Shown here in pieces: positions 25,744 through 39,070 of a stretch of 64,000 nt of DNA. Source of the DNA: Squalus acanthias. Taxonomy: Eukaryota. Each line of letters starts with the position of its first letter. The stretch's first letter is position 1. The translations under genes and the position numbers were made by a program. The DNA is taken from positions 62,001 through 126,000 of the forward strand of contig JASTWF010000415.1 in assembly GCA_030390025.1 (NCBI GenBank), read 5' to 3'. The notes under the pieces are model-generated. The model worked only from the letters and a program-made list of their open reading frames with translations, had not been told where the DNA came from and did no database searches.

Positions 25744-27538
25744 CCAATTTTAACGGCCAGCACCGATTAGCTTGTCATTTACTCACTTTCTGACCAAAAG
25801 GGCCAGGAAGTGGCTGTCTGGCTGTCAGGAACCCGTGGGAATACAAGGTTCGGGGAGGCCCATGGTTTCCTTGTGGGACTGGAGAAGCCCTCCTGCTTTA
25901 CAAGGAACTGTACAATTTTTTGTTAAACTTTCCTGTGTCCTGTTCCCGACAGGTTTGGTCTGGCAGGGAAGCTCCACTCAGGCCTCAGGCTAAAATAGCA
26001 GTCGGGTCCCGCTGGCATCATCGGTCCCGACCTGCATATTTAAAAAGGACCCTGCCGGCTTCAAAACAGGATTCTTAAATGTCTTCGCGATAAAGCAATA
26101 AAATATATTTGCATTTAGCTCAAGCCACTAACCTCTTGCAATATAGTAAAAAAAAGACAATGCCCCTGAAATGGCCCCAATAAGAAAGCTGTATTGCATG
26201 TTTGGTGTCATGTAAAGTGATTTAAGCTTCACAGTGATACAAAAGTGAAGTCAAACCACCAACAGTTTGAGGTTTGGCAGCAGATATGAAACCAGCTAAA
26301 GATAGTCTCACATTGCTGCAGCTTCATATCAGTTGTAGTATAACTACACTTGGTGCAAACCAGTCAGTTTAATTTTAAGATAAAAATATCCCTGGCACTG
26401 CTGGTACACCTTTTTTTAATGTTTTTAATGTTAGGTCTTTTGGTTCTTCAATAACATAATTCACTGCCTTTTGGATGCCAATCAGCAGAGTTCTGTGCAA
26501 CTTCCACCTGATGTCCCCCCCCCGCCCACCTCCGGTCAGGTCAAGAACTGGTTTGAGTAGGGGTTGCACCAAGCGTTAGCGCTCAAATGCTCAGTGTCAT
26601 TGGACCACCTCAAGTAGCTTACAGCACAATTAGAGAATGGTAATTACACAACCTGGTGCTAAGAAATATAGTAAAATGCTCCTTAAAATGTATTTCGATT
26701 GTTAGACTTTAATGTGTTTAAGAGACTCTGTATAAATGCTGGAGTGACATTGTGGACCGAAAGCAGACTCTCTTGTAGACCATTTCATAGCCTTGTGATG
26801 ACCAAAGAATTGTAATTGGACACGCATGGTCTTACTGGTAAAAATATTTCTACCTGCCTCACTGGGTAGCTGAATAAAACGTACCTTGGCTTAAAAACCA
26901 TTTCCAGAAACTTGCCAAGACCACAAGTAGAGGAGGTATGGGGGAGGGGGAGCTTGGTGGCCTCCTCGAGCTCATGGCTAGTATTATCCTTTGCTTTTCA
27001 TTTCTTATCTCCTTATTCACTTGCTCATTCATTTCCACCCAGAAATTGGCAAAGTAAGGATGGACGATCCCAACCCACGTGTACAAAACAGCGTGTAGGC
27101 CCAGACAGCCACTACAGCAACACCCATAGTGCCTGCGTTTGCAGAGCCATGTAAATGACCCAGTACAAGGAGGAACTGGATCACCTCCATCCCTCGAGTT
27201 AAGACAGTGATATCCAGCAGACATCCTCCTGATATACTCCTCTCACCAAGCAACACTTTCAGAAAGTAGACGACACGCACTTTCAGAAAGGGGCAACATT
27301 GGAACATAACTGCACCAAACATTGCAAGGGCAAAGTAAATGTATCACTGCTGCTGGCCTGATGCTTCATTCGAGAAGGGGCAAAACAAGATAGTTGTGGA
27401 GAAATGCTGCTTTACTCATGGGTAATGCTGTGGCTATTGATGGCAATGTTTTTCTTTTCTGGCTAAGGTAGTGGGTATTCACATGCATGACTCTGTACCT
27501 CTGCACTTTCACTTAAAACTTTCTGTGAGAAAACCTAC

Positions 27539-27722
27539 CAATTAATAATTGCACAATGTTTGAACCGGCATACTTCTTCACATCTTCTATCCACCGTGGC
27601 ACAGATTCAAAAGATCCCCTTTTGCTAATGTCATAAGCAATAATCGCACCATTAGCACTTCGATAATAACTCTGTGTAATTGTCCTAAATCGTTCTTGCC
27701 CAGCCGTGTCCCATATCTGCAA
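27539..27722 (-). CDS. RAB43: Rab-43, coding exon 2
   Basis: Acceptor ttccAG (27724-27723); [32 protein letters not shown]...NIVQLLI(G); donor G|GTAGG at 27538. 184 bp, phase 0/1. Confidence 0.96.
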
Positions 27723-29185
27723 CTGGAAGGCAATAGGAAAACACATGAACAATAATGAAAAAGAAGAAACATCACTGCTCAAAATGGGTTCTGTGGTTAG
27801 TTTGGGCACAGGGTGAAATTCAGTTCCCTTTAAATTCTTTACATCTTGACAAAGGATGATGAAACACAGATGCAATAGTTGATTCTAGACTCTGAACTAA
27901 TTGGTTTGCCATTATTACTGCATTTGCCTGGGTTATTTCACTTTTAGTACCTGTTCTTCCCTCAAAACAGAGGTTTCCAAATAATTATGGCTACTGATAT
28001 GTCATATTGACATTTGTTATCAGAGCAAGTTTTTTATTACATATATACAGGATAATAGATACTTAAAAAAGTGTTACTGGAGGGGGGATTCAGGTGATTT
28101 GAAACCATGAGAAAAAACTCAAGTTTTTATGTATATCATCCAAATTGTGAGACATAACACAATTTGTTAACACATGGCAATATTTTTTTTACTCTGTAGA
28201 AATCTTACTGCATTGCATTGCTGTAACTGAAACCCTCAGCTATGCTTTGGTTACTGCCAGACTTGGTCGGCCTCCCATCTTCCACCCTCCATAAACTTGA
28301 GCTCATCCAAAACCCAGCTTCCCGTTTCTTTACCCATACCAAGTCTTGCTTCCCCATCACCCCTGTGCTTGGCTCCCAGTCCACCAACGCCTTGATTTTA
28401 AAGTTCTGCTCCTCATGTTGGGACTAGCTGAAGTGCTCTTGCAGAGAGCCGGCACGGGCTCGACGGGCCGAATGGCCTTCTTCCGTGCTGTAACCATTCT
28501 ATGATTCTATGTTTTCCTATGTTAAAGGCGCTATATAAATGCAAGTTGTATAACACAAATGCTGGTCATTAGGTGGGGAGCTTGAAGACATCAATAATTG
28601 AAAGGGTACTGCCAAGTCAGAGGTGGCTCAAATGTCATAGCATGGGAGTTGACCTGACTGTCATTGTATTATGGCATATTAATTGAAATGATTAATGCCA
28701 TGTGATTCACACTAGAGTATTTTACACTTTATTTTGAAGCCTGAGATGAACATTATACTGCATCTACATTCCAATTCAAACTAGAAAAGCACAATTGAAT
28801 AGATTTTAAAATCTGATGTTGATTAAAAAGATAAAAGAGTTGCTTGAAGAGGTCTGGAAACATCACCTGTTCCCCTCTCAGACAGTGTTGTTGGACGTAA
28901 TAAACACGGGTCTAAAACAAAACGCAATAAAAATGGCAAAACAATCTGCCAATCTGAAGACATTTTTGGTCCATATATCTGTCCTCATATGTAAAATAAG
29001 TTTATTTTGAAAGCATCACAATGGACAGTTTATATTACCTAATCTGAATTTTTTATACAATAACCTGTGTGCATTAACTATCGGAGTATGGAATTGACTG
29101 AATTTCACTTGCTTGTTTTCTTTCCGCCTAACACCATGCTGCCAAATTGCTGCAGGTCTTTGAGGGAGAGCAGGTGAGCCCTTGC

Positions 29186-29209
29186 TATATATATATATAT
29201 ATATATATA
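29186..29209. repeat. (TA)12 microsatellite
   Basis: Direct reading. Confidence 0.95.
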
Positions 29210-29435
29210 GTTGATTGATTCCACACTAACACTTTAATATACACCTTATTCAATAAAAAACAATATTATGTAATGTGATAGATGGCCAACTTCCTCTTCT
29301 CTGCTTGAGATGAGGCGTCAAAAATGTATCTGTTCTTGCCACTTTGGGTGTTTTACAGTATGATGAAACCACATGCTATTTCCTCTCCGGAGACAACAGC
29401 TTAAAGTGGCACAAAGAAGTGAGAGAAGAAATTTA

Positions 29436-30262
29436 CATACATACGAACATACGAATTAGGAGCTGGAGTAGGCCACTCGGCCCTTCGAGCCTGCTCCGCC
29501 ATTCAATAAGATCATGGCTGATCCGATTACTCCACATTCCCGCCTACCCCCGATAACTTTTCATCCCCTTGCTTACCAAGAATTTATCTACCTCTGCCTT
29601 AAAAATATTCAAAGACTCTGCTACCTATCTTTGTGTCATCAGCAAATTTCGCAACCATACCGTCGGTCCCTTCATCCAAGTCATTTATATAAATTGTAAA
29701 AAGTTGAGGCCCCAGCACTGATCCCTGTGGCACACCACTCGTTACATCTTGCCAATCAGGAAATTACCCATTTATGCCTACTCTCTGTTTCCTGTTAGCT
29801 AGCCAATCTTCTATCCATGCCAATATGTTACCCCCTACACCATGAGCTTTTATTTTCCGCAATAACCTTTGATGTGGCACCTTATCAAATGCCTGCTGGA
29901 AATCTAAGTACAGTACATCCACCAGTTCACCTTTATCCACAGCACGTGTTACTTCCTCAAAGAAATTGGTTAAACATGATTTCCCTTGCACAAAACCATG
30001 TTGACTGCCTGATTACTTTGAACTTTTCTAAGTGCCCTGCTATAACGTCTTTAATAATAGCTTCTAACATCTTCCCTATGACAGATGTTAAGCTAACTGG
30101 CCTGTAGTTTCCTGCTTTCTGTCTCCCTCCCTTTTTTCCAATCTAATGGAACCTTCCCCGAATCTAGGGGATTTTGGAAAATTAAAACCAACGCATCAAC
30201 TATCTCACTAGCCACTTCTTTTAAGACCATAGGATGAAGTCCATCAGGACCTGGGGACTTGA
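29436..30262 (-). mobile_element. Internally deleted CR1 LINE
   Basis: GKSCLTN..FFEEVT..VDVLYLDFQQAFDKVPHQRL RT motif plus a CR1 tail. Confidence 0.88.
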
Positions 30263-30649
30263 AATTTACTTTGCCAACACTTCAGTCAAAGTCCAATATG
30301 ACTCATCCTTGACTGCCCGGTTTGCAACACGTTGTTACAATAATACTGGATTTTAAAGAGTCTATTTAACAAGCCAAGTTGCGTGTGTTGGTGCAAAAAA
30401 TTTTTTTAGAAAAAAGTGCAATTGGATTCCTCCTGCCAGCTCGGGGCAACATTAAAATAATAATAATACAAAAACCCTGTTCCAAGCCAGGATTGGAATA
30501 TGGTTCAGGAATAACACTGTAATCCGGCAACTGGAAATGAACGGTCGGCGCTGGAACACTATCATCCGGCTAGAGCAAAAGAGGCTTCAAAATGAAAGCC
30601 TGGTTGAAAGGATAAAGTGGGTGTTGATGGGATTGTGCTGGGGGTGGGA

Positions 30650-31220
30650 GCTGCGCACTTACCTTCACCCGCTTGCCTTGGATCTCCACCGTTTTCATGG
30701 TAAAGTCCACCCCGATCGTGCTGCCTTGTCTCTCCACGAAAATCCCCGACTTGAAGCGCTGGACGACGCAAGTTTTGCCAACGCCGGCGTCTCCGATCAG
30801 AACTATTTTGAACAGAAAGTCGTAAGACTCGTCCGGATCCACAGGCCCCGACATCATTTAGAAGATTTTTCTCCCCAAGTCACGGGCAGTTTCAATCGAA
30901 GGCTCTTGGGCTCATGAACGGCCGGCACCAACTGATTCCCCACCTCCCCAAAAAATAATTATTAAAAAATCCCCGCAAACTTGGGGACATGACGTGGATG
31001 CGAAACCCCGGAACTGACAACGCGGAAGAAATGTGAGAGCGAGAGAGGAGAGATCGGCTGCAAGGCCCCCGCTGGCCGCCTGCCGCAGCGCCTGAGCGCA
31101 ATAACATGCAACCGATAGGGCGCTTTCACACAGCTGGCCCCTGCGCGCCTTCAGGACCCATTGCCGAGCGCCAGCCGCACATGGCTGCCAATGCACAGCT
31201 TCAGCGTTCGGAAACGTGCT
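30650..31220 (-). promoter_or_regulatory. CpG-island-like promoter / 5' UTR of RAB43
   Basis: Locally high GC and CpG density over exon 1 and about 350 bp upstream, in an otherwise CpG-poor window. Confidence 0.7.
30663..30857 (-). CDS. RAB43: Ras-related protein Rab-43, coding exon 1
   Basis: [29 protein letters not shown]...[20 protein letters not shown] (65 codons; P-loop and switch I); donor AAG|GTAAGT at 30662-30661; lies in a CpG-rich region. Confidence 0.95.
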
Positions 31221-31323
31221 CACCTTTTCTTCTACATAACAAATAAGACTGATTTTAAAGATGCATAAATTACACAGCAAAGTACAGACATTGCACAGGG
31301 AGCTTAAAACGCAATTGATTGCT

Positions 31324-31733
31324 CTGGGGTTGTTCTCCTCACAGCAGAGAAGGTTGGGAGGAGATTTGATAGAGGTGTTCAAAATCATGAGGGGTCTGGA
31401 CAGTGTAGATGGAGAGAAACTGTTCCCATTGACGGAAGGGTCGAGAACCAGAGGGCACAGATTTAAGGTGATTGGCAAAAGAACCCAAAGGCGACATGGG
31501 GGAAAACTTTTTTACGCAGCGAGTGGTTAGGATCTGGAATGCACTGCTTCAAAAGGGTGGTTGAGGCAGACTTAATCATGGCTTTCAAAAGGGAATTGGA
31601 CAAGTACCTGAAGGAAAAAAAATTGCAGGGCTACGGGAAAGAGCGGGTGAGTGGGACTAGCTGAAGTGCTCTTGCAGAGAGCCCGGCTGAATGGCCTCCT
31701 TCTGTGTTGTAACCATTCTATGATTCTATGATT
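31324..31733 (+). mobile_element. CR1 3' fragment
   Basis: LGLFSSQQRRLGGDLIEVFKIMRGLD; (ATTCTATG)n tail; closely similar to 13700-14117. Confidence 0.9.
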
Positions 31734-31764
31734 TTAAAAGGGTCATCAGACAAACTGTTAGATT

Positions 31765-31897
31765 GTCTGATGAAAAGTCTTTGACCTGAAACGTTAACCC
31801 CCGTTCTCGCTACACAGATGATCCCTGATGTGTGTTTCCAGCATTTTCCTGTTTTTATTTCAGATTTCCGGCACCCAGGAATATTTTGCTTTTATTT
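31765..31897 (+). mobile_element. Possible Penelope-type terminal repeat fragment (a reverse copy at about 32200-32270)
   Basis: ctgatgaa..gacctgaaacgttaac..ccagcatttt..gtttttatttcagatttcc, a common elasmobranch repeat end; family assigned from memory. Confidence 0.45.
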
Positions 31898-32544
31898 CTG
31901 TTCGACTATTTTTGTTGCAATTTCTCTCACATTAAGATGCACACAGATGGACTTGCAGGATCGTAGCTCACTCAGTTTTGAAACAGATCCCGTTTTGGGT
32001 AATTTTGGAGCTTTCTTTGCACAAAAGGAGTTCAAGGTTGAACTTCTCTCAGATTCCCCATGATGGTTATGATCTGCTCTGGTTTATGATGTCACCTGCA
32101 TCCTGTGATTAGATTGCACGCTCTTAATGTACTCCCAAATATCCAATATTAAACTTCTTAACATATGTAACAACATATAATGAATATTTTAAATAAGAAG
32201 AAAAACACTGCAAATGCTGGAAATATAAACAGAAAATCCTGAAAATACTCAGCCAGCCACAGTCTGTCAGTGAATAATTTGCTCTGTATAAAGGAGAATC
32301 CTGTAACACTACAACACCAAACTGTTGTACTGTTCTACAACAAGTGTCACCCTTGGCTCATTGGTAGCACTCCCTCAGTACTGCACTGTTGGAGGATGAG
32401 ACATTAAACCGAGGTCCCGTCTGCCCTCCCAGGCGGACGTAAAAGATCCCATGGCAGTATTGTGAAGAAGAGCAGGGGGTTTGTCACTGGTGTCCAATGT
32501 TCCTGCTAAGCTGCGCGGCCGGGCAGCTGTCTGGAGGTCCCACC

Positions 32545-33110
32545 AGGGATTCCCAGGTGTCGGTGGGGATGTTGCACTTTTTCAAGGAGGCTTTGAGGGT
32601 GTCCTTGAAGCGTTTCCTCTGCCCACCTATGGCTCTCTTGCCGTGTCGGAGCTCCGAGTAGAGCGCTTGTTTTGGGAGTCTCGTATTGGGCATGTGGACG
32701 ATGTGACCCGTCCATCGGAGCTGATCGAGCGTGGTCAAAGCTTCGATGCTGGGGATGTTGGCCTGAGCGAGAACACTGATGTTGGTGCGCCTATCCTGCC
32801 AATGGATTTGCAGGATCTTGAGGAGGCAGCGTTGGTGGTACCTCTCCAGCATTTTGAGGTGCCTGCTGTACATGGTCCATGTCTCTGAGGCATACAGGAT
32901 GGCGGGTATCACTACTACTCTGTAGACCACAAGCTTGGTGCTGGGTTTGAGGTCCTGGTCTTCAAACACTCTCTTCCTCAGGCGACCAAAGGCTGCACTA
33001 GCACACTGAAGGCGGTGTTGGACTTCGTCATCGACATCTGCCCTTGTTGGCAGTAGGCTCCCGAGGTATGGAAAATGGTCCACGTTGTCCAAGGCCTTGT
33101 CGTGGATTTT
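32545..33110 (-). mobile_element. RTE-clade LINE, C-terminal ORF fragment
   Basis: VDHFPYLGS..ASAAFGRLRKRVF..LYASETWT..RWTGHIVHMP..RLPKQALYSEL..GGQRKRFKDTLK. Confidence 0.9.
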
Positions 33111-33969
33111 GATAGACTAAGTAAGTGGGCAGTAAGGTGGCAGATGGAGTATAATGTAGGGAAATGTGAGGTTATTCACTTTGGTAGGAAGAATAGAAAA
33201 ATAGAATATTTTTTAAATGGTAAGAAACTTTCAAATGTTGATGTTCAGAGAGATTTGGGTGTCCTCGTGCAAGAAACACAGAAAGCTAGCATGCAGGTAC
33301 AGCAAGCAATGAGGAAGGCAAATGGCATGTTGGCCTTTATTGCAAGGGGGTTGGAGTATAAGAGTAAGGAAGTCTTGCTACAATTGTACAGGGCCTTGGT
33401 TAGACCACACCTGGAGTACTGTGCACAGTTTTGGTCTCCTTATCTAAGGAAGGATATACTTGCCTTGGAGGCGGTGCAACGAAGGTTCACTAGATTGATT
33501 CCTGGGATGAGAGGGCTGTCCTATGATGAGAGATTGTGTAGAATGGGCCTATACTCACTGGAGTTTGGAAGAATGAGAGGTGATTTCATTGAAACATACA
33601 AGATTCTGAAGGGGATTGACAGGGTAGATGCTGAGAGGTTGTTTCCCCTGGCTGGAGAGTCTAGAACTAGGGGGCATAGTCTCAGGATAAGGGGTAGGCC
33701 ATTTAAGACCGGAGATGAGGAGGAATTTCTTCACTCAGAGGGTTGTGAATCTTTGGAATTCTCTGCCCCAAAGGGCTGTGAATGCTGAGTCTTTGAGTAT
33801 ATTCAAGGCTGAGATAGATAGATTTTTGGACTCTAGGGGAATCAAGGGATATGGAGATCGGGCGGGAAAGTGGAGTTGAGGCCGATGATCAGCCATGATC
33901 TTATTGAATGCCGGAGCAGGCTTGAGGGGCCGTATGGCCTACTCCAGCTCTTATTTCTTATGTTCTTAT
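33111..33969 (+). mobile_element. CR1 LINE 3' part
   Basis: WQMEYNVGKCEVIHFG..RDLGVLV..KANGMLAFI..LVRPHLEYCAQFWSP; TTCTTATG tail. Confidence 0.92.
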
Positions 33970-34768
33970 GAACAGGACTTCGTTGACTACACGGTTTGAC
34001 TCAACGGCTGTGGCGCTGCTCTGCTTTTCAGTCATTTCAAGTCTTATGCTGCAGAATTCCTTTGTCAAATTGGTTTCCGATCTCCTGGACTTCTCTGTAC
34101 ATCTACACTACCTTTCTGCTTTGAACTACACTGAATTACACTACGTTTCTGTACTGGACTATACTGGATTACACTGTAAGATTTATCTGCTATGTCTCTA
34201 TCTCTGCTGCTGAAAGATTTTTACCTTGAAACTGCGGCTGTGTTGCTGCTAAACTGGTTCTACTGGTTTTTCAGCTCTGCTGGCTTTGTAGGTAGAAGCT
34301 GCTGCTCCACTTGCTGTCCGGTGACTCGTTCTACTGGTTTTCAGCTTTGCTGGTCGCTGGCTCCGGACCCGAGCCATTCAATACTTTTCCACTTTTTCCC
34401 CCTCTTTTCCTTTCTCTCTATCCCTCCCTGACCGATCTATCCTGTCGTCATGCCTCCTTTCATCGCTCCTCTCTCGGATACTCTGCCCTCCCAAATTCCT
34501 ACCCCAATCCTTCATTACTCTGCGACCTTCCTACTCTCCTGCCGTTGTCCCAGGCTTGACTCCCTCCTAGATAAGTCCACAGCTTCCCTCTGTGCCTCTC
34601 TTTGCATCCTACGAAGGGCCCATTGAGGCACTCGTCGCTGCCCACCTTACAAACAGCAACCCCAACTGTCCCATCCTACTCTCTCACCAACCTTCCCGCC
34701 CAGCGCGCCCACTGGGGGCAAATCTTGCCAATCTCGATTATGGTTGGTCGTTCAACTGCGTCCTGGGA

Positions 34769-34786
34769 ATCCTGCTGACTACGCCA
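34769..34786 (-). promoter_or_regulatory. tRNA-Ser primer-binding site
   Basis: Minus strand TGGCGTAGTCAGCAGGAT; 17/18 complementary to the vertebrate tRNA-Ser 3' end ATCCTGCCGACTACGCCA. Confidence 0.85.
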
Positions 34787-34789
34787 AGT

Positions 34790-35279
34790 TGTTGTGGGAT
34801 TTCTCTCTGCCCCAAAGCAGACGGAGACGAGCGTGTACTGGCTCCAAGCGATCTTTATTCAAGCACGTGCAGGGAGAGGCCCTCTCAGTCTGAGCTGAGA
34901 CGGGAGTCTCATTTTTACATTCGAGCAGTTGGCTTATATACAATCTTACATCTTGTTTCCTTCACATCTTCGGGACTTGGCCAATTAATTGTCCAAGTCA
35001 CTTGCACTTAATCACATCTCCACAAAACACACCTTGTTTATCTCATTTGCCCTGTTTCCACATCTGCCATTGTTCTATCCAATTTACGTACGCTTAACCT
35101 CATCTTCGCAAATCACATCTTGGCGGCCCATTGTTCAATGTATGGCCTCCTTGATTCTTTTACTCCCCCAATCATCATGTAATATGCTTTTTCCAACTGC
35201 CTTTGTTCTGCCAGACTTTTCCTTTATTACATCAGCCAGCTAGTCAGTTAAGCCGCTAATCTAACTCTTAACCCCTTCA
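34790..35279 (-). mobile_element. LTR (490 bp) of an endogenous retrovirus / LTR retroelement
   Basis: Minus strand begins TGAAGGGG and ends CCCACAACA; TATATAA at 34940-34934; AATAAA at 34859-34854; followed after 3 nt by a PBS. Confidence 0.8.
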
Positions 35280-38200
35280 CTTGCGAACAAGGCCCTTACC
35301 ATCCATAAGCTTATCATGGATGATTGCATCGACATCATGGCCCTTTTGGAAACTTGGTTGAGGGGTGATGACACCTTACCCTTAAATGAATCCTCCCCGC
35401 CTGGCAATACCTTCAACCACTTGCCCCGCCCAGACCGCCGTGGTGGTGGTGTGGCTCTCATCACCAAATCACACCTTGGTCTGTCCCCCATATTCCTCCA
35501 GCACTTTCTCCTCCTTTGAGCATTTTACCTTATTCCACCCCTCTCACCTCTCATTTAAAATTCTTGTTCTCTACTGGCCACCCAAGTACTATAAAAAATT
35601 TATTACCGAGATATCTTCACTGCTCTCCTCCCTCAGCCTCTGCACCGAACGACTTCTCATCCTCGGTGATTTCAACCTCCATCTCAATTCATCATGCTCT
35701 CTCTCCTCTGAGTTCACTAGCCTCCTATCCTCCCTTAATCTCTCCCTCCATGTAAAGTCCCCAACTCATATTCACGGCCACCCCCTCAACCTTGCTATCT
35801 CTCGTGGCCTCGCTACTCCCATCATGTCAATCGCAGATAAGGCCATCTCTGACCACTTCCTTGTATCACTCTCCGCCCACATCCCCCTTCCACCCCACCC
35901 ACAACCCTACTCTCTCCCATCTCTCTTACAACTGCACTTATGAAATTCCAACTGTCCAGCCTTTGGCCCTCCATTCACCATGACATTTCTGCAGCTACCG
36001 ATCTGCTCAACCACACCCTCACCACCACCTTTGATGCCCTAGTCCCTATTAAAACAATTACTCTCTCTCACCCTGGCCGCTCCCCCCAGTACGGCTCTCA
36101 TCTTCGCTCCCTTAAGTCCAAGGGACGCAGACTTGAACGGATATGGTGGACAACTGGTTTAGCCATTCACCGCCAGATCTGGCTGGACCACATAAAGCAT
36201 TGTCAGGTCCTGCTCTCGTCTGCCAAAATTGCTCACTATTCCAGAATCATTCTGGAATGTAAAGATAAACCCCAGCTCCTATTCTCTACTGCTAACCGTC
36301 TTCTTAAACCCCTCTCCCCTGTCTCCTCCACCCTCACCTCCGACAACAAGTATGAGGAGCTCATGGACCTCTTTGTCTCTAAGATTGAGACCATCCGTTC
36401 AGCTGCCTCTGCCACTTCCCTTCCTTCCCCTAGCCCACCGGGCCAAACTTCCTCTAAGGTTCCCCCCTGCCCTAGCCCTGAACTCGCATCTTTCTCCAGT
36501 TTCTCTCCGATCTCCCCTCATGACCTCTCTGCGCTCATCTTGTCCATGAGACCCACTTCCTGCTTCCTCGACCCTATTCCCACCAAACTGCTGACCACCC
36601 AACTTCCTTTTCTGGCTCCCATGTTAGCTGACATTGTTAATGGTTCTCTCTCCTCAGGTACTGTCCCCCTCTCCCTCAAATCTGCCGTCATCACCCCTCT
36701 CCTCAAAAAAACAACCCTTGATCCCTCCGTCCTTGCAAACTACCGCCCCATCTCCAACCTCCCTTTCCTCTCCAAAGTCCTTGAACGTGTTGTCGCCTCC
36801 CAAATCCGTGTCCATCTTTCCCGCAATTCCATGTTTGAATCCCTCCAATCAGGTTTCCACTCTTGCCACAGTACCGAAACGGCTCTCATCAAAGTCACAA
36901 ATGGCATTGGTCTATTGCTGGCGGGACTCATGTCTGTATCCTGCCCAGCATTAAGCAAATCACCGACAGGATCAACATCTGTGCATAAGTGTGAATTTAA
37001 ATCCCATCCTGCTGCTCTTCTGGCGGCAGATTGTGGCCATTGGAATTTCAGGGCCTTCGAACCCTTGGAAACGGTGCCTTTTAGCAGAGGGACAATTTAA
37101 ATGTTGCAGAATTCAGGCTTCTGGAGTGTTCCAGACCAGTTCCACTGCTCTATACTACTTGACACCAGTGTTTTTCTGGCATCCAGTATGATCAGCAGTG
37201 AGGAAATGCGGTGGATGATGCCATCCCCACTGGCTCTACTTACCTTTTGATTTCCAGGGCTCCAGGGACAGATGGAAATTCTGCCCATAGTTGCCCCCAG
37301 GAAACTTGCAGTGTCAGACGTAAGGGGTGGAGACATGTTGTTACTGGTACCTGTGCTACTTTCTGCCCCTCCTCCATGCTTGGAGCACCAGACCTCTGTC
37401 CAAGGAAATTTGGGGCCAGTGTATTTATTGCAAGTTGATCATGGACACACATTCTGTTGATATCATTTTAAATAATATTTGTACCTTCCATGTTACATTT
37501 TGAAGTTAGTTTTAAAAGGCAAACAGTATTGTGCAGCTGATCTACTTGTCTCCAGTTCTTAAATCACAAGCACATCGACTTGAGATATGGGTCTGCATGT
37601 TACTAATCAGATGGATTTGACGCAGTTGTGAAAAAATGAAGCCATTTTGTCAATGACGTATCAGTGTAATTCTTTCAGTCATGGTATGTATGGTGTTAAA
37701 AACCATTCTGATTCTCAGAAATGTCTCAGCTTGTTTTGAAACAGTAACCCCAAAATATAACTGATTTTTGTGTGATTACTGTCTTGTTAGGTGTCCATGG
37801 TTGAGTTGTATATGGCAGTAACTTTAAAGACTTTAGTAAGAAGGTCCAGTCAATAGTTTTAAGGCTATTTTCTTTTTTTTTCTGCTTGCCCTTAGATTGT
37901 CATGAGCCTTTGTGCCAATTAGTGTAGTTTTTTGCCCTTGCCACCAACTGGCACCAAATGGGGAACATAATGGAGGGTTGTCAGGCAGGTCAGGCTGCAC
38001 GAGAGTTGTTCTGTGTCTACCCACCAGTAGCCACAAACCCACATCTCACTTTGACAGGTGATTAGTGCATGCAGAAGTTTATAACCCCAAAACAGGCTGT
38101 GAAAAGCAGACTCAGTGGCACCACTATTGCATGTGAATGCTGGACCAACTGTAATGTTGGGTTCTTCGTCAGAAGCACCTCAATCATAGTGTGCCATGTT

Positions 38201-38987
38201 TTCAGTGGCACTGCATTAAAGAAGATACGCCAGATGGTCTGTCAGCATACCCTAATTGAAGGGACCCATCAAGCATATTTGCAGGGATTTTTCTATCTAC
38301 CTGGCAATCACTTTGGAGAACTGTCTTCCTAGAGTCTGGGTCAGCAGACATTCAGATACAGAGCTGTGCCATCTGCTGCTAGGTCACCTGTAGCTAACAT
38401 GCAGCATAGGGCTGGTATGGCTAGTGAGAGTAGCAGTTAGCTGCGTACTCAAGTCTGCTTCCACTTCCTTCCAGATATGCTATAATGCAGACTCATTGGG
38501 ATGGTGCTGTGGAGTGACATAGAAGGCAACTTTCCTCATAACTACCCTGTGCAGCATCATCTCAATTTCCATAGTCATTACTTGCCTGCAGACTCGTGCC
38601 TGCATCTGGGATTGCTTTTCCTTCCATTTTTGCCAGTCACTTATTAATCCCCTTCCCGTTCAGGCTGCTAAAACATTGGGATGCCACTTGAACCTTTTCA
38701 AAGGCTTGCAGAATTTTTGTTCCCCTATTCTAACACTCTCCCTTAATTGTCGCTGTGCCTTTAAATTTGACTTGCATGCAGTTTTTGCTCCCATTACTAG
38801 TACTCCCTGTGCCCACCAAAATCTGCACCTGAAGTTGTGAATCATTATACAACTGGGAGGTCCAACAAAACTGAGTGCTATTCGCACATGATCATTCTAG
38901 TGAGATTTACATCAGCTCTCAACCATAGAACTGACTTAAACCAGTACATGAAACTCTGCCTCATTTTGTCTGGCCAGGTGTCTAAGG

Positions 38988-39070
38988 CAGTGTTTCTCAA
39001 ACTGGGATCCGCGGACCCCTGGGGGTCCGTAGAGACTTTCCGGAGGTCCGTGACCGAAGGTAATTTCAAG
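38988..39070 (+). mobile_element. hAT-Charlie-type transposon end
   Basis: CAGTGTTTCTCAAACT terminus preceded by gtctaagg (Charlie-like target), with repeated ggtccg subterminal motifs. The partner TIR was not found. Confidence 0.5.

Larger units (their letters stand above)
33970..36903 (+). mobile_element. L2-clade LINE: 5' region, APE endonuclease and start of RT; 3'-truncated and interrupted by an LTR
   Basis: LLETWL, RRGGGVALI, LILGDFNLH, PTHIHGHPLNL, SDHFLV (endonuclease); DPSVLANYRPISNLPFLSKVLERVV..QSGF..HSTETAL (RT); short tandem duplications in the 5' region (34100-34350). Confidence 0.9.

Noticed and set aside
35940-37100. 386-aa ORF as a cellular gene
   Set aside because: It is L2 ORF2 (linker and start of RT) reading through into unrelated sequence after 36903.
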